Assembly (NCBI GenBank): GCA_965235115.1
Contig: OZ249445.1
Location: 26,102,001-26,166,000 of the forward strand
Origin: Laetmonice hystrix
Taxonomy: Eukaryota
DNA length: 64,000 nt
Reading direction: 5' to 3'
Under the pieces are notes generated by a model. The model worked only from the letters and a program-made list of their open reading frames with translations. It was not told the origin of the DNA and did no database searches. A program made the position numbers and the translations under genes. Of this stretch, positions 28,083 through 40,568 are shown piece by piece (position 1 is the stretch's first letter; each line of letters begins with the position of its first letter).

Positions 28083-28097
28083 GGCGCCATCTAGCGG
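28083..28097 (-). promoter_or_regulatory. CTCF-like motif (CCGCTAGATGGCGCC)
   Basis: Close match to the CTCF core CC(A/G)CYAGRKGGCGC on the minus strand. Confidence 0.5.
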
Positions 28098-28648
28098 TGG
28101 GAGTTGGATAATGTCAGGTGTATGTAGGTCAAGGTTTTCAGTTTGAAGCCGTGGGGGGGGGGGGGGGGTTACTAGCTGCTTTGAAAACAATGAAAATCGG
28201 CATCGGTTTAGAAATAATAAAGACGGTGCATTTAATAAAGCCATTTGTATTGGAATTGTAGCTCTAATCGTCGCAATTTGTTTTAAAACGAACCTAAAGA
28301 ATGTTCTTAAAAAACAGGTTGGTGCTATACACTAGCCAGAATCAGATGGGGGAAAAATCTATTGCATTGAGAGCAGCCATTGTGACTTTTTTAAAAGTAG
28401 CATCGAAAGGGAATCAGTGGAACAATCGGGGGCATTTCCTAGGTCGCTTGCAATTTCCTTTGAGGATTTTCTGCATTGAAGCCAACTGTGAGGTTCCCAC
28501 CAGCCAGACAACCTCTGTGAAGTAAATCTAACTTCTAATTGCAAGTAAAGCCTCGAGCAAATGACAAGGAAGGGTTGCATGTGGATACTAGATTAAGATA
28601 TATTCGAGAGGACTGGATCATATCTTTTCAAGATTCAGTCATCATTCA

Positions 28649-29774
28649 CTGCCGTTAATTCCTCTGGAATAGAGCAGTGCAGGACTCAGCCTTCTCCAAG
28701 ACTTGTTTGGTTTCTGCCCTTAATTCCTCTGGAATAGGGCAGTGCAGGACTCAGCCTTCTCCAAGACTTGTTTGGTTTCTGCCCTTAATTCCTCTGGAAT
28801 AGGGCAGTGCAGGACTCAGCCTTCTCCAAGACTTGTTTGGTTTCTGCCCTTACTTCCCCTGGAATAGGGCAGTGACGCGCTCAGCCTTCTCCAAGACTTG
28901 TTTGGTTTCTGCCCTTACTTCCCCTGGAATAGGGCAGTGCAGGACTCAGCCTTCTCCAAGACTTGTTTGGTTTCTGCCCTTACTTCCCCTGGAATAGGGC
29001 AGTGAAGCGCTCAGCCTTCTCCAAGACTTGTTTGGTTTCTGCCCTTACTTCCCCTGGAATAGGGCAGTGCAGGACCCAGCCTTCTCCAAGACTTGTTTGG
29101 TTTCTGCCCTTACTTCCCCTGGAATAGGGCAGTGAAGCGCTCAGCCTTCTCCAAGACTTGTTTGGTTTCTGCCCTTACTTCCCCTGGAATAGGGCAGTGC
29201 AGGACTCAGCCTTCTCCAAGACTTGTTTGGTTTCTGCCCTTACTTCCCCTGGAATAGGGCAGTGCAGGACTCAGCCTCTCCAAGACATGTTTGGTTTCTG
29301 CCCTTACTTCCCCTGGAATAGGGCAGTGCAGGACTCAGCCTTCTCCAAGACTTGTTTGGTTTCTGCCCTTACTTCCCCTGGAATAGGGCAGTGCAGGACT
29401 CAGCCTCTCCAAGACATGTTTGGTTTCTGCCCTTACTTCCTCTGGAATAAGGCAGTGAAGGGCTCAGCCTTCGCAAAGACTCGTTTGGTTTCTGCCCTTA
29501 CTTCCTCTGAAATAGGGCAGTGCAGCGCTCAGCCTTCTCCAAGACTTGTTTGGTTTCTGCCCTTACTTCCTCTGGAATAGGGCAGTGCTCAGCCTCTCCA
29601 AGACTTGTTTGGTTTCTGTCCTTACTTCCCCTGAAATAGGGCAGTGCAGGGCTCAGCCTCTCCAAGACTTGTTTGGTTTCTGCCCTTACTTCCTCTGGAA
29701 TAGGGCAGTGCTCAGCCTCTCCAAGACTTGTTTGGTTTCTGCCCTTACTTCCTCTGCCTTCTCCAAGACTTGTT
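28649..29774. repeat. Minisatellite 5, 65-bp unit, ~17-18 units, shorter variants at the 3' end
   Basis: Unit CAGCCTTCTCCAAGACTTGTTTGGTTTCTGCCCTTACTTCCCCTGGAATAGGGCAGTGCAGGACT read directly. Confidence 0.96.
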
Positions 29775-31899
29775 TTTTTCCGTTTACCTCTCTCAGTAAA
29801 GAGACGCGCCACTGTCGCCACGCCGATGAGCCGACTATCCTCTCATCTCCATCCGTTATCTTCACGTGGATCCGTAGGCCTACCACATGTCATCAACGGC
29901 AGTTGTTTTGTTGTGGGAGGCCAGGCGCATAATCAGCACGCGACCGCGATAACAGCCTTGTTTTGCGACCGACAATAAATTCGCGCGAGCGCAGGCGATA
30001 GCAGTTGCCTGCCACGTCTTGGCCGTAAATCTTATTGACATTCCAACTGTGGCCTCGACGATCTTTAATTGACACGTTCTGGTGGAGAGTCAACGGGTGG
30101 ACCGCTGCCGACATAAACAAAGTAATGGGCGTGGGAAGTGTGCAATCAGTGAAAGAAGTGGCATGAATCAAGATCTATGTGGTAAACAGGTTACGTTATG
30201 CGAACTGTCTGTATGCCAAACGACTGCCGCGTTTTGGCAGCGGCGTAGGGAACCCAGGTGGATGGGAGGAGCAAGGGGGGGGGGGTGCCCGAACAAAATT
30301 TGTAGAAAGAAATTCGGAAGTGGAGTTATGAATTTGGAGTGGGTTTGGTATTGCAGTATGATTGATGGCACAACAAATCTGCCAGCTGAGATGGCCCGAA
30401 CTATGCGTGCACGTGCCTCGACTCAGCTAATCACTGTCCTTCAAAACACAGCCATAGGACAACGACCTGAGGGGTATCACTTGAGAATCCCACCCCTACC
30501 CTACTACCAGCCGGTCAGTCTGAATGCCAGAGATCCATGACACAACGCACTTCATGACTACTATACAACCCCTACCTCCAAGTAGGCGGTGGAGCGTCAT
30601 TGCTGAAAAATCGATTCGACTCGAAAAAGAACAGCTGGGTTTGTGCGAGGAAGACGATATTTTTGCGAGCCGCTATCGCTCTTTGGATTATAGTTTTCGT
30701 GTTATCGGCACTTGGGAAGGTTGCTCGGCTCTCGTCGGTTCTCGAGACGTCCGGGCGAGAGGCTGTCGCCAGCCGGCCAAACCGGAAGTAAGGGTAATCA
30801 GATCCCGCGGCCAGATCTCGCCCAATTCTCGTCGGTTGTGTCTTGTAAGGGAGTAAATTTGCGATGATTGGCGACCATCCGTGAAGAATCGCCACTATGT
30901 GGAACTAAAAGAATATAATGCCCTCGCCTTTACGAAAACTTGCCCTAAAAGGTATTGCTGCCACTATTTATAGGCCTATAATGATGATTGGGTACAGAAT
31001 TCTGATCGCCCGTGTCATTTGTCCTCCAACATGATTTTGCTTTTTTTTAAAGAAAGAACCTTGATCTGAACCGGAAGTGGATCTAGTTAATGTAAAAGCA
31101 AGATTGATTAAATAAAGTCAGTATATAGCCTAACGGTGCGGCTTATACTTATATAGATGTGTATGTATCTTCATTGAGGGGTAGAATTGGATGTATTACC
31201 ATGGCAACGTTAGTAAGATTCTGCCTGATTCATCTCGACCATTGCGATATGTCCGCTCAATGTAAAGGGTCCCATTGAAAGCAGGAGTTCAGATATAGCG
31301 AAGTCTTGGAACTTGTGGTATTCGCCTACCATTATAGATTATGTCAACTTTGTACGAAACCGATGAAGGTTATAGTCGTCTAGGTGGCATGTACATATGA
31401 CGTAGGGCCCATCTGTATTTGGTTTTTATGACTCACCCGATGGGAAAGTATGGCAAGCCTTACCCGTCAAAACACAGATGTATGAGCACACGATACGGGG
31501 TAGACCACGTTATGTTACAGGAACCCTTTCGTCAGTGGAAAGGTTCCCTAAGTTGACAGCACTCGAGGATATGTATATAGTAAATAAGTAAGTAAATATA
31601 TATAACCTATATCTTCGCTATGTGTGGAATTCGAATAAATCTGGACCGTACATGTATTGGACACAAACCATTTATAGAGTTCAGGAGGCTGTGAGATTTA
31701 AGTAGATTTTGATTTTAGACAACTTTTTGAGAGTGCGGAGATGCTCCATCCTGTGGTGCAGGGATGAACCTAATAGTCCAGGAGCTAAGGATCTCAAAAA
31801 ATGTTTGAGTAGCACACCCAGTACACAGAAGGTTTGACTCCAGATTCTGTTAGGAGGGACGATAAGTGACATTTTTAGGCACGATGTACAGTTGAATTG

Positions 31900-32125
31900 T
31901 GGTATAGATTTTCTTCTAGGAAAGGTCAAAGGTCAAGGTCACGGAAATAACCCTGAAACCCGGAAAATGAACAATTTTTGCATTTTCTCTACAGCTATTT
32001 TAGCTAGACCTGAGATATTTTAGGTGATGATAGAGGGTTATAAGGCCTACCCATGGTACCCATATGGATGACCTTGACAAAGGTCAAGGTCACAGAATCA
32101 GAGGTCAAATATCAAAAATTGACGT
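31900..32125. repeat. AGGTCA-rich segment, probably a dispersed-repeat fragment
   Basis: AGGTCA-A-AGGTCA-AGGTCA at 31923-31941, with further AGGTCA/TGACCT copies to ~32110. Similar motifs occur at ~34640 and ~48125. Confidence 0.4.
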
Positions 32126-32897
32126 AAAATACCAACATACTGGGTGTGCTACTCAAACCAACTTCTAGGCCTCTTTTGAGAATCAGCTCCTTGACTATAA
32201 CGAGAAGTACGTGTACACGTGTACCATTCTGGAGTCGGTTTTTATTTTTCTTTAGGGTGCAAACATGAAAACGACGCCTGAATGACCTGTTTTAGAGATA
32301 TACTATACCAATAGATATGTCACCTAGCATATTGTTATGTACTATAGACTTCTTTTTCTTTTCCTCCTGTGTATTATTTTGCGTAACGTCTTGCTTTGAA
32401 ATTCTCACATGTATCATTTACAAGGAGGAACGACTAAACGCTAAAAGCAATGAGAATACCGTTTAAACTAAACGTTTTGTTCTCTCATATTCTTTTAACT
32501 TCTATTCTTATGCTGTGAATTGCTGGGGAAAAAGTCAACCTCATCCTTAAGATGCCAACACGTTCCTTTTTAAATATAGCTTGTGTAGATGTTTAGGTCA
32601 AATCAAAGTCCATGAGGTAAGAGGGTTTATATTCTTGTGAAGGTTGAACAACTAATTTGTGAATTATGCAGACTCTGCACTTACGTTTCCAGTTTATAAC
32701 CGCATGCATGTGGGGGCTTTGATTGAAAGTGATGTCAGATTGAGTCAAATTTTGAAAAACCGATGAAACTAATGGCACGTGGCATGTCCAAATTAAGCAA
32801 AAAGTTCTGCTGCCCGGACTAAGTTTGAAATGTAGTGGATTTCAAGATGGATTTTGAAGGAGATTGCGTGCATGCAGTAGAATTGTGTTGTACTCAC

Positions 32898-33029
32898 GTT
32901 TGCGGCTCATCTTCTTGTATAGAACGGAGCTCCTCGTCCAAGATTTCCGTATCCACACTGTCACCTTCGAGGTCCCTCAGGAACTTATCGTCCTTCAGCC
33001 AGTCACATCGATTGCCATACTGGGTGAGC
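32898..33029 (-). CDS. Internal coding exon (132 nt, phase 2/2) of an unidentified gene: xLTQYGNRCDWLKDDKFLRDLEGDSVDTEILDEELRSIQEDEPQ(T)
   Basis: Acceptor tgtttgttttcgtctgtcgcag|G and donor AAC|gtgagt. Length is divisible by 3, only one of the three frames is open, and the peptide is acidic and protein-like. Confidence 0.7.
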
Positions 33030-34623
33030 CTGCGACAGACGAAAACAAACAGCTCTTAATCCACATTCTCGCTGACTCCCAATGGAGCGTGCATTGAAAG
33101 ATACTGCGCCAGCTCGCCCTGCCAAAAGTACATCATCTCTAGCTGAAAGGCGGTCGGGAGGAGGGGGAGGCTCGGGTCGTCTCCGCCGATCTCTCTTATC
33201 GCCAGGGTGTTACGTCCGAGCTACTCATGATGGGAGAATCACGAAGTTTGGATCGGCCCATCATCCATGTGGTGACGCGACTCAAAGTCGCGTTCAACTG
33301 AAAAGTGAGATTGTCGACGCAACACAGAACGAGCAGATATCGTTGGAAATGCGACGAGCGTCAAAGTGAAACGTGGCATTTGGGAAAGCTGAGTGTATGT
33401 ATACTTTGTTGTAACGAAGAGGCATGCAAAGCATTTTCCCCGTGATACCTGGCTACTTTCGAACCTTCTTTACCCCCTCCCAGTCTTCACTTGGGGAAGG
33501 GGGTGGGGGTGGGAGGAGGGGTGGTGTGTGGATCTGTGGCGGGCTTCTACCACCCCTCTTCCCCGTCCTCCTCACCTGTGGAACTGGGGCAAGTCTTGGA
33601 GGGGCCCCATTAGGGTAGGGTGAATGGGATGGGATCCTTTCCACCCTGTTGGATCCCTGCCTGTGCCCCTATTCCACCACCTCTCTCCCTGCCAGCCTGG
33701 CAGACCTACACACCCCTGGGGGAAACACCCCCTATGGGGTCACGCTACAAGGAAGAGCTCGCACCTTTCATTAATTTATGGACCAGACCTACACCTGGCT
33801 CTCGGCTGGCGTGGCGAGACCTGTAGATTTTTACTCCTTCTTTCTGACAAGGAGGAAAATGGATAAAATATGGGGGTTTATGGGATATGAGTGATGAAAA
33901 GGATTTAAAAAAAGGGTGAGATGTACTCTCAGAACACTTACACTCCATAGGAGGCAGCACTTGGCGCAAGCAAGCGCATGATCTTTTTTTTGTATTACTC
34001 CTGACGTTTATCCAAACACGTGGTGCGAGCGTGTGAAAACCATCGATTGCTCAGTGGTAGAACCCTAGACTCTCGTCACGATAAACGGTCCGACATCGCC
34101 ATCACGTCGGTACGGTACGGTACGGCCCGGTACGCTGCTGATGACGGTATGTAACAAGTTGACGACACATCCTTGGGTGCGGTTTGAGTGATGACGTCAT
34201 GGAAGCCACTCACGGACGGCGACGAAGTTTCATGTTTGACGCGATTGGCGTTAACGAAGGAGGACATCACGATAACGGACTGTCATAAACGAGAAGAGTA
34301 AATCCATCGTTACGATCCTCGTGGCGTCAATACGAACATTTGTAAACGGACAAATGTTAATCTAAACATTTGTTTAGGAGGAGGAAACAGGAGCAGCAGT
34401 TCAGGTAGTCTCCCTGGATATGTGGATCATGAAGGAAAGGTGGTCCAGCAGTATGAGAACAGGCAGCAGTTCAACTAAAACTGGGACACGCTCATCGTAA
34501 TGTACTGGGTACAGTAACACCTCCCTGTGAGTCTGGACGGTCCCGTTGTCAACAAACGTCGGACAGTCTGGAATCTCAACAACCCTCGCTGACTTCATAC
34601 CTGGCCGCTAAAAGTTACCGTAC

Positions 34624-34709
34624 CTCCTATAGGTGACCAGGTCAAAGGTCAAATACCCAACGTGCCGGTGGTACGTAAATCCCGATTGGTTGGTGCCAAG
34701 GGTTTCCAT
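34624..34709 (-). CDS. Possible first coding segment METLGTNQSGFTYHRHVGYLTFDLVTYR(R), phase-compatible with the 32898-33029 exon
   Basis: ATG at 34709 and donor AG|gtacgg at 34624 leave 2 nt that join the G of the next exon in frame. Speculative. Confidence 0.25.
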
Positions 34710-35075
34710 CAAGAACGGTGAAAACCAAAACTAAATTCCAAAACGCATCCGCCACCGTCGCGTTTGGCGATCTTCCAATGTAATTCCATCGGCTTTGAAA
34801 GAATCAGTGTGACCGTTGTCCATTCGGTGACCCTCGGTCAACACTGTCTCCTAAACAGTGGCGAGTCGGTCTGTGTGTAAACTCCAGGTGTGACCGACGA
34901 GAGGAAAATGATCCGCGGTCAGTCTTCGGTTTGCAAATGTCTCCTGTAGTCCAAACGGTGGGCGTGGTGGAACGACACAACGAATTCCATTTGTGACAAC
35001 ATCCAACTGTTGTCAGGAACGAAAAACTTCAACAAAAGGGACAAAAAATGAAAATCAAACACACACACGTGTCCT

Positions 35076-35616
35076 TTACGGCGCGCGCTGCATGGCGCAG
35101 TCATCAAACGGACGCAGCAATTCCCCCGGCTTTAATCGAGGTACTTTGAGCAAGGTGGAATTACTGGAGGAGAGAGTGTTGATGGTAATGGCAATCGGCA
35201 CCGGTTCCGAAACCCTCAGCGGCGGCGGCGGCGGCATCTTGGTGGTAGTAGTAGACTTTGCCCCGCCCGGTCCGTGTGAAGTGAGATCGGGGATGATCAG
35301 AGGTAGATACACCGGTGGTGTCGGTGAGGAGTCGCAGGTGGCCGGTTGACATGAAGACAGAAGAGTTCCGAGTAGGACATGGTGGATTGGGTTTATCGGA
35401 TGGATTGTGGAGCGTTATCAGCGGCGGCGGCGGTGGTGTCTGCGGCGGGCCACCGCTGGCGCTGGCGGCGGGAACTGGAAGTGGTGGTGTGGGTACGGTG
35501 GTGCCGGTGGTGGTGCCGGTGGTGGTGGGAGTGGAGGTGGTCGCTGTGGCTCGCGGTCCGCTACCGTGAGTCGGACAGACGGACGGACGGATCGATGGGA
35601 AGGACGCGGTGACAGA
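35076..35616 (-). other. GC/CpG-rich low-complexity exon-like region with overlapping Thr/Pro-rich open frames
   Basis: Frame A is open 35616-35161 after a pyrimidine-rich ccctaccccag acceptor; frame B is open ~35411-35076. (GCC)n and CACCAC runs are present. Confidence 0.35.
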
Positions 35617-38584
35617 CTGGGGTAGGGACGGACGGACGGGGTGAGAAGATAGAACGAATTGTGACCGTCTTCACTTAGAGAGGGCACAAAGGTGGCTTCA
35701 AAGGAAGCCGTGTTGAGTTTACTGGCGGAAGTCGTGCGCGCGGGTGCAGGTGCGATGGCATCTTATCCCAGTGAGGTGGCTGCAATGGGATCAGCCCTGT
35801 TTGGCTGGGACGATTTTTTAGTTACGATTTCATTGCGATTTTTTCTATTTTAGAGGGCGGAGCCTATTTTTCAGAGCGGATTTTGCAGCTTGGGTTCCAT
35901 TCTAAAAAGGTTTGATCCACCGATGCAATTTTCTTTAATATTTCCTTGCAATTTTGATACCGTTGCGTTATTTCAGCCTTTAAACCGATACTCCTCTGGA
36001 GGTTCACCCCCCCCCCCTCCTAGTCGGACCAGGGCCTCATAATCTATAAAAAGGGGAGGGGGTCACTCACCCCACCTGGTTGTTTTCATCATTTATGACA
36101 GGTGGCGCAGTATCCCAGCCTCAGCTTCCTTCACACCTTAGGATCGGTCTGAGAGCGACCAATCAGAGCATACAGAACCCAGACGGACAATATATATCTC
36201 AATATTATATATACATGTATTAACTTAGAACCACAACCATACGTTTAGATCAAACCATATTTAGGGCTACCACACATAGAATCACAGAGAGAGAGAGACA
36301 AGAAGAGAGATGTTACGGATCCCAACGTCTCACCCTGCACAATGACCGTGCCCTTTCTCTCACCTCTCTCCTCCCGGGTCAATCCCCCACCCTGCATCCT
36401 CCCCTCACCCAGCATCCCTCCCCCACCCTGCATCCTCCCCTCACCCAGCATCCCTCCCTCACCCCCTGCGGCAGGCATACATGCATGCATGCCCGACACG
36501 TGCCCAGCAGGCGGTGGACAGCCGTCCACGTCCGACCGAGGAGCTGAGAGCGTATCAATGTAACATGGACTTGTACACAGGCAGTGGTGGCTAAGGATCT
36601 TTGTAGTCAACGCACACACTCACACACGGCCTTTACCCCATTAATAGGATTCGACCCCTTTCAGGGGCTCAACCTTTGGCTACCCTCACCCTACACCGCG
36701 GGGTCATACCCGGAAGATGATGCAGGGAAGGCTGGGTGGGGGGGTCCCGGACAATTTTGAAATCTTTATTTGAAATGGAGAATGCCAGTGCAATCTTTCT
36801 ATAGGACAGCTATGGTATTTGGGGGGGGGGGGGGAGTTGAGGTATCCAAGTTTAAGGGGGGGGGGGGAAGCAGACTTCAGTTAAACATGATTGGATGCTT
36901 GCCAAAAAGAGCAATTCTTCCATAATTACTGGATGGGGGGGGGGGTCTACCCCCGGCCCCCTAGATACAAACCTGCTCTGTCTGCACCCCCTACCCCTGG
37001 GCCCACAGTTACAGCAGACGTGGACCATCCTATGGTAATCTTCTCAATTGCAGTTGCATTTTTTCCCATCATCTCTAAGTGCCCTCCTGGACTGTCATAT
37101 CGCCCACACACTTACTGTTCCATGCTACCTCCGGATGTTGAGATGAAGGAAGCGTCCAAACTAATAGAATCGTCGCTATTTATACACACTGCCCATAACA
37201 CACCAGACAAACGAACAAAGCAGCAATCCTGGGCGCCAATCGCCAATCGATTTATCCCTCCAATGTGGACAGATATTAATCTATATAATCATACATTGCT
37301 GTCACTTCAACCAAAACGGTTCGGACAAAACGATGCTAGCAAGACGATACTGGGAAACGTTTCACTCCCAACACCGGAATGGACGTCGTTACTGATATTA
37401 ATATTGGGAGAGGTAAACGTGTACGTTCTATTCTCCACCAAGGTCTCACAGTGACATTTCACGTTATACGGCATTGCAATTTTTGATACGAATTTTAAAA
37501 AATGGCTCTATTTGTAGACGTTTTGACCTATTTATCTGAAATTAGTACCACGTGCCCCAATTAACCAGATGATAATATGTCCCAAATATTATGACATTGG
37601 GGTAGAAATTATAGAGGTTACAGTCTAGAAAAGAGTGTTCCAAATTTTATTGGCCCACCCGATATACCGCAACCAAATTCCGCCAACCCACACAAGACAA
37701 AAGAAAACAAAAGGATCGACATTCTTTCAACGCAAACTGACGTTGTACGTCGAAACCTCTTCGCTCATGCACAAACGTCTTGCATAAACTTGTCTAAGCT
37801 TGGCGGGCATATCAGCAGTAAGAAGTTAAGTCTCACAGACAGACTTAACGTTCGAAAAAGGACCCCACTTCAGCCAGGTGCACTACTTATAATCCTTGGT
37901 TCTTTGTAAGAAGATTTCTATTCAACCCTACCAGGCTTTGATTAACTCCAAACATATAAGTAATGTCCTTATAGTGCAACAGACTGAAGGAGAATTAGCA
38001 TGACCGTGTCCTGCACTAGGAAGATACGAGCATCGTACTAGACTAGGTACAATTTCGACTCTTTCAACGAGATAACACGATTTTAAAGAGACGTTATTTG
38101 AAAGCGGTTTCAGATTTTATATGCGGCTTTACGTCAGAACCACAAAGATTACTGATATATAAAAACCGATGCCGGATATATACAGGTTCATATAAGAAAC
38201 TAAGGTCCATTGGTTAAAACAAGAAAAACTGATGCAAAGTAGTGGCAGGAGGTACATTTGAAAAAGTGCACACTTGCAGTGGGAGTCCTAAGTAAGAAAC
38301 TGCTATAAGTTGAAAATTAAACTGGGTCCCGCAATAAAAAGTCCTGACTCCACCGATGAATAGCCTCCAACCTGTTTTTTTACCGTGTCTTAAAGCAACG
38401 TTAGCCCGGTTAATAAATCTAATAAAGCAACCTTCAATATAGATATCTAATATTTAAAACACTGTATAGATGTCCCATGAATTCATTTTTCTCCGGCCCT
38501 GTGCAGTTAAGTACGTTGTTTCCACCTATAATAGCACATCATCAATGGATACTACTTGTAGTAGAAGTACAAAATACCAGACGC

Positions 38585-38853
38585 ATGTTATGAACATAAG
38601 TGTCACTTCCAGCGAAATTGAGTGTGTCTTAGCCGGAACTGGGCAAGGTGCGCAAGTCTGGATAAGGTGCGTGCGCAGACTGGCGCGGGATGTTGCTAAG
38701 GGGCAAAGTTTGAAATCCAGTTTGAGTTGAGAAGGCACATGAACAGGTTGTTGCCCGCCTCCATCCCCGGCGCCTCCCGGGTCCCTTTGGTCACCTTTTT
38801 GGCCGTAGGGCCCAACAAACAATGATGTTATGAACATAAGTGTCACTTCCAGC
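38585..38853. repeat. Perfect 29-bp direct repeat (38585-38613, 38825-38853) flanking a 211-bp GC-richer segment
   Basis: ATGTTATGAACATAAGTGTCACTTCCAGC occurs twice, 240 bp apart. Confidence 0.9.
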
Positions 38854-39766
38854 TATTTGTGTAAAGAAACTTAAGTGACTAAGTACATCAGTACAAAGTC
38901 ATAATCATAATTCACTCATAATGTCTAGGCCAGGCGAATTGAGTTGGGGGTTTACGTCCCGGTCGCAAATTTACACTTATGTTTTGATGTGGTTTTTTTT
39001 TTCATGCCGTACAAGAAAGGATAGAAGGGATTTGATAAAGAGGAAACAGTCAAGAAAGCCTAAAGCCGGTCGTACACGTTGCGATTTTGGCTTGCGGCGA
39101 CCCATCACGTCTGACATATCGGGTCGGCTCGTGTCGCAGCGTATAAGCTCCCAAATTCTGCGATTCAATTCAATTAGCAAGAAGGCTAGGAGAAAATGGA
39201 ATTACTGAAGGAAATAATTATGCAAATGTAATATATGTAAATATGTACAATTTTCCCCAAATTTATATAATATGACCCGTTGAGAATGTGTCTGAATGTA
39301 TCGTGGCGCAAATGATATAGAGAAAAAGGTATTTTGAGGAAAGATACGAATCGACGCATTCGATCGGGAAGGCAGTCTTTGAAAATGAGCATCATTACAC
39401 TGTAACATCTAAGAGAAGAGAGAAGGAATTAAATCAAATGAGACCACTACCCCGCTCTCTCTTTTTTCACACATTATAGAGAGAATAATAGCCATTCGAT
39501 CTGTCAGCCTAACCGTCGTTATTGTAGACGGTGTGTGGTTTAAATCGCAGAGTATCGCAATCAGTACCATTGTCTTGCCTTTTAATTATCACATCAGATA
39601 ATAAATAGTCTGATGATGAAGGACTATTGTCTGCACGCCAGTGATTTGTTTTGATCCATGCTAGCCGATATCCGATCGGTATAATATTATCAAATGAATA
39701 GACGTCCTTTAACGAAACCTTATATATGACATAAAGGGCGGCTGGAAGGCCCTTTGATTAATAATA

Positions 39767-40199
39767 CAGGGTGTCAGAAAAACTTGGAATCATCGCAATA
39801 AAATTTAAAACACCATTATATTTTATCCTTTTTTTTCAGGTCGAGATTAAAGCCTTTGGTCCAGACATGATCGTCGGTAACAAAGAAAGTCGTTGGCGGA
39901 CGTGTCTGGAAGTTGAGGACGTTCTGTGAAGAAGTGAGTGATTTCACTAAGATTATTAGTTTTGGGACACACTGTAGATGGTGCTGTGATCAGTGTCCAA
40001 GGATAAAAGCACCATTCATTCAAACCTTTTTTTCTGAACATTTTGAGAGATCACTGTCATCAATCGTTTAAAAACATCTCGCTAAAACCTGCAGAAAATT
40101 TGATTAAGTAGTGCCCCATTCGTACTAACCACATAAAGTGGACAAACATGGCTAAATAATTCGGGTACTTTGGAGAGTTACTTTTTATGAAACACTCTG
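39767..40199. mobile_element. Tc1/mariner-like non-autonomous element (TA target duplication)
   Basis: TA|CAGGGTGTCAGAAAAA...TTTTTATGAAACACTCTG|TA. The CAG(G/A)GTGT termini with TA TSD are typical of Tc1/mariner; the TIR match is imperfect. Confidence 0.55.
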
Positions 40200-40568
40200 T
40201 AGAGCGGTATATATTAGACTTAAGTGAATAGAGAGAAGCAGAGAACGAGGGGATATGACACAGAGGTGAGTGTACACTGAGAGAAAGAGAGAGAGAGAGC
40301 CTCCAGCCAGTCAGCTGGACCTGTTTTACGTGGCGCGATGCTCCACTGCCGGAGTGTATTAACTCCCGACTGGCCCCTAGCGGTTTCTGCCAGACCCTGT
40401 AGTTTCACGGGCGTTGCACTCTGAACTGGCCCTTTAATACAGAACCGGGTTCAGTTTAAAAACTAATCTATGGCGGCAGCCGTGCCGGGACTATAGCGAC
40501 ATCTTTTGCGGAGTGCGGATGCTAGTATTGATAGTAAAATTAGTCATTTTGCGTAGTTAAAACAAAAG

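Noticed and set aside
29158-29978. Cys/Phe-rich ORFs over array 5
   Set aside because: Derived from the 65-bp repeat, with a 3-unit frame cycle.
34040-34075. tRNA-like GCTCAGTGGTAGA
   Set aside because: D-arm/A-box-like only, with no B-box or cloverleaf downstream.
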